Counted from the whole stretch's first letter, positions 10,688 through 21,700 are shown. The stretch is 63,990 bases of DNA, filler included, from Rhizaria sp. SCN 62-66 (GCA_001724265.1; 11 parts of 11 records of this genome joined end to end with filler, not necessarily neighbours in it), one strand, 5' to 3'. Notes: generated by a model from the letters alone, not told the origin. Translations and numbers: made by a program.

Positions 10688-12187
10688 TCACGGGCGCCCA
10701 GCAACGATGTTGGTGAAGCGGCGGAAGACGCTGGGAGAGCCAGAGGCTGCTTTGGAGGAAGCGGGCGAAGAAGGCGCCAGAGTAGGGGAGAGGGGTGAGT
10801 CGCTCGTCCTTTGCAGGACGCGCCTGTCGACCTGTGACGGCGTAGAAGGGCCGCCGCTCGGCGGGGTACGCATGTCCATGTTGCGCTTGCCGCCGGTCAC
10901 AGTAGACGCGGGCGCCGGCGGCGTCGAGTCAGACAGTGGCGCGCGGACGTTGGCAGTTGAAGGAACGCGCGCACCAGTCAGCGCGTCTGCACCACTGGCA
11001 GCGTCGGCTTGATCAGCGCCGCTTGATCCAGTGTCACGGTAGGAAGAGGAGGTGATCGTGTCGGGCAGAGTGGCTCCTTCGACATCACGACTGACAGCAG
11101 CAGAAGACTCAGCGCCTGAGGAAGAAGAGGAGGGAGAGGTGGCCGGCAGAGGCGCAGCAGCCGTGGAAGTGGTTGAAGAAGACTCGGCGGCCGGCTCAGG
11201 CGCGGCAGCCGTGTCGGTGAAGGAGGTCGAAGAGGTACGCGCCGTAGGGCGCTGTTGTCCTGCCGTGCTCTTGGGCACCGTAGTCGGCTGCGCCTCAACG
11301 TTAGCGGCGGAGCCTGGACTGGCGCGGGCAGCGTTGTCGGAGGCCGGATCGCGCTCACCTTTTGGTGCGCGATTGCGACGGCGCCTAGGCCGAGTGGAGG
11401 TTGACGGCGGCTGCTTGTCGCCGGCAGTGACAGCTACTGCGAGTTGTCGCAGAGGCACAGTGGCGCCGTCGCGCTCAATGAAAGCGGTCAAAGTACGCTC
11501 GCCGATGCGGAACTGGCGCGTACACGCCGGCTCGCGCAAAAAGTTGGGGGCAACCTTGGTGCGGATGCGCACACGATCGGAGGGTGAGTCCGTGCCATCG
11601 ACGCACGGCAGATGATCGGGCTCGACGAGATCGTCGTCGGCGAGCGCGATGCCGTCGCGCGCGAGTGCCTCACGCAGGTTTTGCTCGGTGGCCGGCCAGA
11701 CAAAACCTTGAACGCGAATGACGTGAGGCTTCTTCGGCGTCGGCACCCACACCGCGCACTGGTGGCCGATGACAGACAGAGATGGTGTTGAGCGCAGCGC
11801 TTCGGCCAAAGCGGTGCGCGAATCTAAGACGACCTCGTACGAAAGCCGCGCACGGCTTCCCACGCAAATATTCTTAAGCTGCGAGTGCAGATGAGGCCAC
11901 TTGCCGTGGATGGCGCGGCCGATGTCAGCGGCGATCCGCGCGGGATGGTGAGATGCGACCAGCGACGACACATCGATCAGTGCAATGAGCACGTTCGCGG
12001 TCACATCGTCAGGGAGAGCCACCTCAACGAGCCCGCGCGCGCGTGACGCGGGTCCGCCAGTGCTGTTGCTGGTTCCTTGCTCAGCGGTAGGGGCCGCGGC
12101 TTGCGCAAAGGACTGGCCTTTTGCGCCCGCAGCAGCCGCTTCGCCCGTAGGGTTGTTGACGTATATTGACTGTGTTTCGCCGCACAT
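10688..12187 (-). CDS. LINE ORF1 (possible RRM-like core, long Ser/Thr/Ala-rich tail)
   Basis: 499-aa ORF directly upstream of ORF2 on the same strand; VIRVQGFVWPATEQNLREAL resembles the RRM-like segment of ORF1 proteins; stop TGA. Confidence 0.75.
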   Translation of the reverse strand: MCGETQSIYVNNPTGEAAAAGAKGQSFAQAAAPTAEQGTSNSTGGPASRARGLVEVALPDDVTANVLIALIDVSSLVASHHPARIAADIGRAIHGKWPHLHSQLKNICVGSRARLSYEVVLDSRTALAEALRSTPSLSVIGHQCAVWVPTPKKPHVIRVQGFVWPATEQNLREALARDGIALADDDLVEPDHLPCVDGTDSPSDRVRIRTKVAPNFLREPACTRQFRIGERTLTAFIERDGATVPLRQLAVAVTAGDKQPPSTSTRPRRRRNRAPKGERDPASDNAARASPGSAANVEAQPTTVPKSTAGQQRPTARTSSTSFTDTAAAPEPAAESSSTTSTAAAPLPATSPSSSSSGAESSAAVSRDVEGATLPDTITSSSYRDTGSSGADQADAASGADALTGARVPSTANVRAPLSDSTPPAPASTVTGGKRNMDMRTPPSGGPSTPSQVDRRVLQRTSDSPLSPTLAPSSPASSKAASGSPSVFRRFTNIVAGRP

Positions 12188-13978
12188 TTAAGCGGCTACA
12201 AACACGCGGAAAAGAGGGGGAGCAGCGACAGCCACCGGGTCAACNNNNNNNNNNNNNNNNNNNNNNNNNNNNNNNNNNNNNNNNNNNNTTAATTAATTAA
12301 NNNNNNNNNNNNNNNNNNNNNNNNNNNNNNNNNNNNNNNNNNNNACAGCAAACATAACAATAAGCAACCATTTTCATATCGAGAACATCTGTCTGCATGC
12401 CGTTTTCCTCACCCCAAAGTTCCTCTGGGAGCCGAAGGAAGGTCGCCTCCCGTCACCAGTCCGTTGGGCTGCGAACGCCAATGAGGTCTGCTAGGGTCGT
12501 TTTCGGGCATTTAGTCGTAGTAATTTTTGTGATCTTCACTATACATCATATTCAATTCATAAACGCTGTAATCGCATGTAGTCGACGTCATTGTTATGCG
12601 CAAATGGTTAGCAATCTCACATTGTAGTTGCGCACACGTCGACACCACCTGCTCCTACCAGGGTTCTCAAAATATCAATAAGGGCGTGAGATGGCTCACT
12701 GGTCAGTGAATGACTGAGCATTAGGTACTCTCTGTGAGGTCTGTTTCATGCTAGAAACCACACGGAGGAGGCCATAAAATGATCATTTTATGGTGCCCTA
12801 ATGTCACAGCCGACATTCTGCATAAAATTCCATTCGACAGCATTTGCCGGCTGCGATTTAAAGGTGACGTTTCTTGTGTATACACACTTCGTTTTCCTGT
12901 GACAAACGCAGACTCTCTTTTTCTATGAAAACAATAAGAACCAAGTATATAATTCGAATTATATATTGTATCTCTGATATTATGAATTGTTATTGTTGTT
13001 TTCACAGAAAATAGAAGTCTGTGTTCCCAGGTAAACGCCACCTTTACATACCCCCGAAACGGCGGTGTTTGCCTCAGTGTGAGCCTGTGAGACTTGGTAT
13101 TCGATGCTAAATGTCGGTTGTAACACTTAAGCATGTACATATACTAGTATTATAGTAAGTTACTAGCATTAAGGTACACTTGTACGATTAATATTAATCC
13201 TAGTACACCCTGTACTAGTACCTAAAGGATTGGAGGCGAGGTTTGAGAAGAATGCGATTCCCTGGATTGTTCGCAAGAAGACGGAAACGATTAAATTGTA
13301 CATACTTTTATTTAAACGACTAATATTTAATTGTATAATTATTATTTCAACTCGTTGCTGTTTTGATTCATTCCTGAACAAAGTACATTTTCTGAGAAAC
13401 TTTCCGAAAAAGTGCCCGGAACATTTTGAAAACTAACTTAGTACTAAGTACATCTACACATAATGTACATTTTTGTACAAAAAAAATAAGTATGTCCACA
13501 TCAATACTCTTGAGTGTTCACTTCATTACTTTACGATTTTTGTTCAGGTAGACTAATTGTTGTACAATTGTCGATCGCCTGAAAACAAGTTGAAACACAA
13601 ATCCAGAAGACAGAGAGACCTTGAAGAAGCAACAAGCAATCTAAGTGAGAGCAAATCCACGAACAGTCGTTGAAACTGTCAAAAAGATGCAGGATCGGTT
13701 AACGCAAGTCGACCTTACCTGACCCTTAGACCCAGCTTCGTTATTTTGCTGTTCAGGTCCACTCGTCACTTAAGGCACAGTCTCTCTGTCTCCACTAAAC
13801 AAAACACACATAAGCCTAATGATTCAAACGGTATCACCGGTTTATTTCTATTTAAAAGAAAGTAATAATAATATATAAGGAATTAATTGATTAATTACGG
13901 TGTATACGTACATTATACATAGAATTGTTATATATCAGTGATGTCTTTCAGGACTCACGAGTGCCATCAGCTCACAAT

Positions 13979-16900
13979 TTAGTCATCGTCATCGCTAAAT
14001 GAGACGACTTCATCTTCAGCCTTCGGCTTCACAGTCGCATCATTCGCACTGACGACAACAGCAGCGGTGTCGTCATCGTCGCTGTCACTGAGCGTGATCT
14101 CACACTTTTCATCGTCATTGGCAGTCGCAGCAGGCGCCGCAGTCGCCGCAACAGCTGCGTTGTCCTCCTCGTCGCTATCAAGCACAACGGTGTCGTCGCT
14201 GTCCGCGCTCTTACTTGCGCTAGCGCCACTCTTGCCGCCCACAGGCTTCTTGAGCCGGTTGCGCTTGGCCTCGGCCTCCGCAACCGCGGCCCGGGCAGCC
14301 TCGACCTCGGCAGCGGCAGCCTGCGCGGCCATGGCCTTGGCGGCGAGCTCCGAGAGCGACGACAGCGGGCCCGTGAGCGTGAACGGCGTGCGCAGGTAGC
14401 CGGGAATCACGTCCACGTACCCGCTGGAGTTGATTGACGCAGCTGCATCAACGCTCGATGTCGCACTGTCAGAGGCGCTGTGGCCGTCAGCCGGCAAGGT
14501 GCGCACAAAGTGGTTCTTGCACACATCGGTCTCTTTCTCGGTCACGGTGCCGCTGATGCTGGTGTAGGGCATCCCCGCGGCAGCGCTTCGCAGCGACAGC
14601 TGGGTCAGCACGACCGAGTCCCACGCGTTATCGTTGTTGCTAGTCGCCTGGCCGTCGTCGCCGTTGCCGCCCTCGTCGTCGCGCATCGCACTGCTGACTG
14701 CGCTGTCGCGGTGGCGAATGCGCAGCACGAGCGCGGCGTCGCTGGCGCCGTCGCGCACCGTCAGCACGCTGCCGTCAGCGATGCCTAGCACGCGCAGCGG
14801 CCGTGACAGCGCGCTCTCGCCCGCGACGACAACGTCGCCGGCCACGCCCACGGTCACGCCGGGGCTCACCTCGCTGCCCACGGCTACCGCGCCGGCGCTG
14901 TTCAGGCCCTGCAGCGTCTTGCGCGCCTTGGCGAGTTTTTCGGTCCAGTCCTCATGGATGTCGATGTAGTCCTCGAACTGTCCGAAAAACTTAGCCTCGC
15001 CGCTGATGCGGTCCAGCGTCACGTCCTCGAGCCCTGTCTCATTGTGGCATAACACGTCGACCAGCAGGCCGCGCAGCGTGAGCGTGCGCGTGTCCGCGGT
15101 CACCGTCAGACACGGCCGCGCGCAGAAGCACTGCGGGCCCGGCGTGCCGAGCTCGATCGACTGCAACAGAGTCGGCAGCCAGTTGGTCACGGTCGCTGCG
15201 CGGCAGCTGCGCTCGATGCGCGTCGCCGCGGTGAACGCCGCCGCCACGCCCGCGCTCGGTGCGCACACGTTGTAGCCCGAGGCACCCGAGCCGTCCGCAA
15301 TACCGGCAGCGTCAGTTGGAGCGCTTGCATTACTGCTGCTGCTGCTGCTGCTACCATTGCTTGCAGTTGTCGCGGTGAGGAGCGCGTTCTTGCGGGTCTT
15401 GCTGGCGTGCACGAGCACGCACGCGTTCTTGACTGCGAGCCCCGACACGACGGCGTTAGTGGTGGCCAGCGCGTGCACGATCGCGCCCGCCATGCCCTTG
15501 GCGTCGAACTCCGAGATCATGGGGATGCCGTAGCAGTGCATGCGCAGGTTCGCTGCCGCCGCTACGAAGCGGACCGCTTCCTCGCAGTCCTTGTCGAACT
15601 CAAGCGCGCCCACCGGTCCGGCCTCGCCCGCGGCCAGCGCGGCGGCCGCAGTGAGGAAGTGCGCCGCGTAGTACTCGATGCCGCGAAGCTTCTGCTGCGT
15701 GGCGGGCGTCGAGGGCGAGGAGGCGCACAGCGCGCGCGCCGCCGCGGTCACCGCGAGTGCGGTCGCGGCGCTGAACGCAGGCGGGTGGTGCGCGTCCACA
15801 GCGTCCGTAGCGCTGTCGGTCTTCTTGCTGTCGTCGGCCTCGGTGGCAACGGCGGCGTCGGCGACCGGTGCGACGGCGAAGGCGGCGAGCAAGTCGACCT
15901 GGGTGGGGGCGGCGCGCGTGGCCCAACGCTCTGCGACGAGGCACTGGTCCGCGATCTCGGTCACAAACAGACGGCGGAAGGCCGCCAGCGCAAAGCTCGC
16001 CGCCGCGCGCTCGATCTCGTTCCGGTCCGCTGCGCTCGCAGTGTTGTTACTGTTGCTGTTGCTGTTGTTGGTGAGGGTGGGCAGGTGCGCCTCCAGGTCG
16101 CGGCGCAGGTCGATGAGCAGGTTCTCCTCGTCGACAGGACCGAAAAACACCGCAAAGAGGTGCTTGGCCCAGGCGATGCAGTGGATCGGCAGGTCCGGCG
16201 TGTTGCGGATGGTGCACACCGCGTACGACGTCTTGGCACGGCGGCTCGTGCACGAGTAGCAGTTGGTGGTGCCGTGCAACGTGGGCTCCGTCTGGCCCTG
16301 GAAACCGTGCGTGCCAGACTCGATCACGCCGACGCCCGCGGAGTAGCACAGACAGTTAAGGTACATGCGCGCCTCGACGTTGTCCAGTGCGGATAGCACG
16401 GCGTCGAACTGGCTCACGTACGCGGGCGAGAACAGCGGGTCCTGGAAACGAAGAAAAGGAGCGGCAACGAAAGCAAGAAAATGGAATACGAGACAACGTT
16501 TGTTAGAAATGCCACTCAACAAGGAGAATACAACATATATGTTAGTGAAGCATACACACGAGCTGTCAGGATTTGTGACTAGCATGTAGCAGTGCGTGCG
16601 TACCTGAATGCGGGTGTGGAGCGCCTCGATCTTGACGTCGGGATTCATAGCGAGGATGGCCTCGCGCGCAACCTTGGACTTGGACAGCCCGACGTGACGC
16701 TGGCGGAAGAGGAACTGCCGGTTGAGATTGGAGACGTCGATGGTGTCGAGGTCAAGCACGACAATATCCTGAAAGCCCGTGAGGACGAGGTTCTTGAGCA
16801 GCTCGCAGCCTACGCCGCCGGCGCCAACGACGAGGATGCGCGACGCCCGCACAGCGGCGAACCGCGCGTCGCCGAGCAGCAGGCAGATGTGCGCAAAGCG

Positions 16901-17098
16901 GTCGTTCGTCTCGGCCGCGGCAGCAGCGGCTGCGGCGGCGGAGACGGGCGCGTCCAGACGCGGACGCGCAGTGATGGGAGCTACATCAGCGGAGGTCACG
17001 ACGGAAGCCGCGCTGCTGTCACTCACAGGGAGGGACTGGGCAACTGTAAGGGCATCCGCAGCATCTGTATTGGAAGCCGAAAGACTGCGCTTCGACAT
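13979..17098 (-). CDS. UBA2: SUMO-activating enzyme subunit 2 (E1), about 985 aa after removing intron 16603-16442
   Basis: ILVVGAGGVGCELLKNL, DLDTIDVSNLNRQFLF, ALDNVEAR, catalytic YAVCTIRNTP, PIHCIAWAK, FDKD, AANLRMHCYGI, GMAGAIVHALATTNA. GTACG...CCAG intron restores HTRIQ|DPLF. Stop TAA. Confidence 0.93.
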   Translation of the reverse strand: MSKRSLSASNTDAADALTVAQSLPVSDSSAASVVTSADVAPITARPRLDAPVSAAAAAAAAAETNDRFAHICLLLGDARFAAVRASRILVVGAGGVGCELLKNLVLTGFQDIVVLDLDTIDVSNLNRQFLFRQRHVGLSKSKVAREAILAMNPDVKIEALHTRIQVRTHCYMLVTNPDSSCVCFTNIYVVFSLLSGISNKRCLVFHFLAFVAAPFLRFQDPLFSPAYVSQFDAVLSALDNVEARMYLNCLCYSAGVGVIESGTHGFQGQTEPTLHGTTNCYSCTSRRAKTSYAVCTIRNTPDLPIHCIAWAKHLFAVFFGPVDEENLLIDLRRDLEAHLPTLTNNSNSNSNNTASAADRNEIERAAASFALAAFRRLFVTEIADQCLVAERWATRAAPTQVDLLAAFAVAPVADAAVATEADDSKKTDSATDAVDAHHPPAFSAATALAVTAAARALCASSPSTPATQQKLRGIEYYAAHFLTAAAALAAGEAGPVGALEFDKDCEEAVRFVAAAANLRMHCYGIPMISEFDAKGMAGAIVHALATTNAVVSGLAVKNACVLVHASKTRKNALLTATTASNGSSSSSSSNASAPTDAAGIADGSGASGYNVCAPSAGVAAAFTAATRIERSCRAATVTNWLPTLLQSIELGTPGPQCFCARPCLTVTADTRTLTLRGLLVDVLCHNETGLEDVTLDRISGEAKFFGQFEDYIDIHEDWTEKLAKARKTLQGLNSAGAVAVGSEVSPGVTVGVAGDVVVAGESALSRPLRVLGIADGSVLTVRDGASDAALVLRIRHRDSAVSSAMRDDEGGNGDDGQATSNNDNAWDSVVLTQLSLRSAAAGMPYTSISGTVTEKETDVCKNHFVRTLPADGHSASDSATSSVDAAASINSSGYVDVIPGYLRTPFTLTGPLSSLSELAAKAMAAQAAAAEVEAARAAVAEAEAKRNRLKKPVGGKSGASASKSADSDDTVVLDSDEEDNAAVAATAAPAATANDDEKCEITLSDSDDDDTAAVVVSANDATVKPKAEDEVVSFSDDDD

Positions 17099-17348
17099 GA
17101 TGTCTTATGTCGCGCGATAGACGCGGTATCGGGGCTGGGGAAGGGGACGGGAGACTGCATTAGTGTCGAGTCAAAAACGCGTATCGCGCAAGAGTGTAGT
17201 GAGACACAAATACATTTTTAACGGAAATCAAAGCAAGGTCAAATACGAAAATCGCGCGTTCTATCTCGAAAACAAACTTAAACGCTATTATTATGATTAT
17301 AGATTGATATATTTGATCTCGAACATTTCCGATCTGGGCGCCAAGTTA

Positions 17349-17507
17349 GCCCACCAAATCGTGGTGACCTCGCCCTCCCCGTCGGCCAGACTAGTGACCG
17401 TGAGCACAGCTCCTGGCTGGCCCGGCTTGACTTCGGTCCGGCTGGACTGGGACTGCGCTGTGTGCCCCCCGGGCAGCGGTCATCTCGACGGCGCGACTTT
17501 GGAGGGT
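17349..17507 (+). ncRNA. Candidate rod-like structured RNA element with an apical cUUCGg loop
   Basis: Nested complementary blocks around GAC-TTCG-GTC (17429-17438); no family recognised. Confidence 0.4.
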
Positions 17508-17543
17508 CTTTTGTGAACAGTTTCATTCGAACTTCGGGTACTA

Positions 17544-18221
17544 ATGGTACGTATACGCTCTCTGTGCTGTATAATCTTTATTTGTTTTGCTCCCGCGCTT
17601 GTGCGGGTTTGTTTTGTGTCCGATTGGAGGCTGCCCGCGATTGTGCTCGTCCCAGCCGCCTTCACCTCTAGCTGAGCTCGCTTGCGTCGCTCCCTGTAGC
17701 TTTTCTCCGCCATCCGTCATCCTCTTGCTCATCTCCCCGCCTTGCCTACTCGCTACGCTTCCTCCCTCTATAGACTACTTCTAAGAAGGCCAACCGTCAC
17801 AAGCGCGGTAACGTCTCTGCCGGTCACGGTCGTGTCGGTACGTTCATCTCTCTCTTTCATGCCCTGCACTGCTGCCATTTGCCTTCTTCCCCACGCTCAT
17901 GTCGTAACTTCCCGAGCATTTGCCCAGTTGTATCGGATCTTCTTCTAACTCCGATTTCTATTCGCCTCTCTGCCGGCGTGCTCTGACGCTTGCAATACGC
18001 CTTCAAACCCAACTCACCTTGCCTTTGCTCTGCTGACTTCGCTACATCATTTAGGCAAGCACCGCTGCCACCCCGGTGGTCGTGGTATGGCCGGTGGTCA
18101 GCACCACCACCGTACCCTGCTTGATAAGTACCACCCCGGTTACTTCGGCAAGCTCGGTATGCGCTACTTCCACAAGACCCAGCAGAAGTTTTTCTGCCCC
18201 GCCGTCAACGTCAACCAGCTC
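17544..18221 (+). CDS. RPL27A: 60S ribosomal protein uL15/L27a, 3' truncated; exons 17544-17546, 17774-17837, 18055-18221
   Basis: Spliced product [62 protein letters not shown]; two GTACG...TAG introns. Confidence 0.95.
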
Positions 18222-18321
18222 NNNNNNNNNNNNNNNNNNNNNNNNNNNNNNNNNNNNNNNNNNNNTTAATTAATTAANNNNNNNNNNNNNNNNNNNNNNN
18301 NNNNNNNNNNNNNNNNNNNNN

Positions 18322-18413
18322 GAGGTATACGAGATATCATGCATGTGTGGCAAGGTATATGGACTTCTCGCGTGCAATGTAGGAGGTGTGATCAAATAAT
18401 CGCTCGAGAAGGC
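18322..18413. repeat. 92-bp direct terminal repeat, second copy 24266-24357; implies a 5944-bp circular or tandem unit
   Basis: Exact match of contig start and contig end. Confidence 0.93.
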
Positions 18414-18519
18414 CTACCACAAGCAGCTCTCCGTTGCCGAGCTCACCAACGCCGCCTTCGAGCCTGCCAACGTCATCACCAAGTGCAACCCCCGCCACGA
18501 CATGTTCATGGCCTGCTTG
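18406..18519 (+). pseudogene. Isolated degenerate alpha-tubulin fragment
   Basis: [38 protein letters not shown] versus the canonical EKAYHEQLSVAEITN..FEPA..MxKCDPRHGKYMACCL; no tubulin sequence on either side. Confidence 0.9.
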
Positions 18520-18723
18520 ATAATCCATCAAGAGAGCTTAAGTGTTCGAGTAGTATCGTTGAGCAAATAGTTTTATTTTATTAGAAACCTGTTACACGTA
18601 AACATTACATACACACGCGTAAGAAGCATATACACACAGAAGAAAATACACACATATAAGAAACATATACACACACGCACACACGATCATGCCTTCGTAG
18701 AATTTGCACAGTATTAACTAAGA

Positions 18724-21700
18724 TCAAATAGTGCCAGGCCCCACAACGATCGCAAAGCAAGAATTGGGGTCCACATTTGTGCATGTGAACGGATCCGTCG
18801 GCTGGAGATCCTCAGAAACAGCGTAGCAATAAGCAACTGTGACATCTCGGACCACCACATTTTCGTTATTTGCGTTTGTACTTTTAAACCCAGTGAAAGA
18901 GGTCATAAACTCACGCTTGAGTTGTTCCACACGCGTCGCGGCCTTAGAATAGTCAACTGTGTTCATTGTGCGCTTGACTTGCAAGAGAGTTACGCACAGG
19001 TCAACTTCGACTGAGTCGTTGCCCTTAGCGTTGCCCTTGGCGTTGCTCTTGGCGTTGCCCTTAGCGTTGCTCTTGGCGTTGCTCTTGACGTTGCCCTTAG
19101 CGTTGCCCTTAGCATTGCCCTTAGCATTGCCCTTGGCGTTGCCCTTGGCGTTGCCCTTGGCGTTGCCCTTGGCGTTGTCCTCGCCGTTGCCCGTAGCGTT
19201 GCCCGTAGCGTTGCCGTTGCCCTCACCGTTCTCTAGAACAGCGGTCTCACTCGCATCATTTGGGGACACAACAATCTCGGCGATGTGATACGCGTCAACA
19301 GCCTCGTGGCTAGGATCATTGGGATGGGCCATGATAAACTTACGGTCGCTGCGGAGAAGTTGAGAGACGAAGGGCTTGAGTAGTTGCACCACTTGAGCAG
19401 CAGATGCTTTCGGTGGGCAGTTTAAGGTCGACTGCTCAGTCTTCCGAATTAGCTCCAACTTGGGTCGGTCTACAGCCTGCCCATAGTTAATACGGGACCC
19501 GATGAAAGTGTACATTTGAAAGGGGCTGTCGTGTGGGAAGTTTAACACCAGTTGCTCGAAGAACTCGCCCATGGCACCGGGACTACAACGCCATATCATC
19601 TTCACGAGGTTGTCGTTAGCGGCACGAGCATCGTTATCCCTGAATTGCACACCCAGGGCGAACGCAGACACCGTCGACCGTGAGGTCAAACAAAACGTTG
19701 GATTCCTCAGGTAGGACTCAAGCTTGGCGTCGTCTTCGTACTTAAATGACGTGTTTAAGCCAAGACCGAATGTAGTGATGAGGCGGTGGGAGTTAAGACG
19801 AAACACAACCCCATCAAGTTTGATCTGAAGGGTGAACTCATCTCGGTGAGAGGAGATGGCGAGTTTTAATTCATTGAAGTTCTCGGCAGTCATATTCGCA
19901 ATAAACTTTGCGAGTTGTTCCTTGCTAAAAGGATGGGAAGGCGGATCGTGCGCGCACTGAACTCGGCCTTTGCAGGCGTTGTTAAACTTCCATATCAGAA
20001 GCCGCGGAGTGCCACAAACAGCAAGGTAATAGTGCTGCAACGCCTCATTAAAGCTTTTGAACGATGTGTCGCTAAAAAACGGTTCGAGAGGAAGTGTCTC
20101 GTTTCCGTCACGGAGCATGATCGGCAAGCCCTCTATGAGCTCCTCGATGCTCCACATGTCGGTGTGGTAGAAATGACAGTTAAGGTTCTTGCCGTTCTCA
20201 GACGCTGCCTCGTAGTTATTGGGATTCGGACTTGCAGCGACGACGTGAAACGAGCGATGGAGCCCAGGAAAAAAGAGAGAAGTTTGTGTGCCCCTCTCAG
20301 TTGGGTCGTACAGATAAAGTGTTTGGGGGTCGGTGATAGCGAGCTGAAATTCTAGTGATCCGATATTAACAACGCGTGCATCGCCACGACAGCCAAGCAC
20401 AAGTGCATACGACTGAAGACCGTGTTGGCAGACCACGTTCACGTTACCCATCTCCGCAGCGAGCAACACCAGTTTGTTCAGCGACGCCGTTTTGCCAGTG
20501 CCAGCAGGCCCCATCAAGACGATCGCGTTGCATCGAGAAGGCGGAGCTGTGTGAGACGTCTTAGCGGCAATGTTGAGCGAAAAATTGCGCATTACTAGCC
20601 TGTACGCGTCATCGTACTTTATCCGAGTCACGAGAGTGCGCCACTAACAGCTTTTTCCGGTGAAAAACCAGCATGCGTCATTGGGGATAGTGGTCATCCG
20701 CACATGCGAAAGCTCTTTAGTAAGCACGTGCTGAGCGACGTGCTCACTTTTGAGATACTTCCATAGCCTCGCTTGAGCCTGGAGAAACACGAGATTTTGG
20801 TCAGCGTCTGCCGCATCGGTAGCCTCAACTGTCTTAGCAGCTTTACCCTCCGTCGCTTCAGCTTTAAGAGTATTCGCAAGGTCGTCCTTGGCCGTCTTCA
20901 CATTAGCCTTGGCAGCCTAGAGCATATCCTGAGCCAGCTTCAACTTCTACACTGACCCGGCATTTTGCAGGAGGGTCGACTTCAGCTCGTTCACAAGCTA
21001 ATGATTACTGACAACGTCATCTTCAGCTTGGGCCACAATCACATGAGCCTGCGCAATCCGGACGTCAGAGGAAGCCTTGTTAAGTTTGTCTTCGGCCACC
21101 TTAACTTCAGCTCTAGCTACAGCTTGGTCAGAAGCCAGTTGCTCAACAGCTTCCTGAGCGAGATAGAGCTTGTCCTGGGCCAGCGCCTTGCGGAGCGCAG
21201 CCCTGTGCCACTCGTACTAGGCTGAGGCAACGGTGACCAGACTTTGTAGCCGTTTGTTTGTCAACTTAGTCTACGGGTTTGTCATCGCAGTCCGGCTCGC
21301 GCGGAGAGTCTTCTCTGCAAGGTCGAAGTTTGCCCTGGCGGACACCACGACTTCCGACTCGGGAGTGACTGGGTCAGGGCAGTGACGCTCTACAGTGGAG
21401 GTGATCTCCGGGCCAACGCCAGAGCGAGAGCGAGCGTGTGAGTCAGCAGCGCCAGCACAAGAGTCTGAGTCTGAGGCTTCAGGGTCAGAGTTCTGCAACG
21501 CCTTAAGATGACCGCCAGCGGTCGGATTAACGTTCGGCTTGGGGAGGTGGGACTGGCTGACAATGCTGTTGCGCTAGTTTGTGGAGTCGTCGTCGTCCTG
21601 TGGCGAAAACCTCGTGACACGCGGTGTATGGCTGTTGCGGCTGTTGTTGCCACTAGTAGAGTTGTTGACGTTGTCAGCAGATGAAGCATTCTTGTCACGT

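Larger units (their letters stand above)
6328..12244 (-). mobile_element. Intact non-LTR retrotransposon (L1/Tx1-like LINE), 5818-bp unit assembled as a circle or tandem array
   Basis: ORF1 followed by an APE-RT-zinc-finger ORF2; contig ends 6328-6426 and 12146-12244 are an exact 99-bp direct repeat. Confidence 0.93.

Noticed and set aside
13130..13480. Patch rich in GTAC/TAGTA short palindromes
   Set aside because: No regular period, spacers or terminal repeats; probably decayed AT-rich sequence, not CRISPR.
20644..21576. RIP-like or deamination pseudogenisation as the source of the TAG codons
   Set aside because: CpA-to-TpA mutation should also turn CAA into TAA, and none is seen; TAG also occurs in apparently unique genes. 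Disfavoured, not fully excluded.
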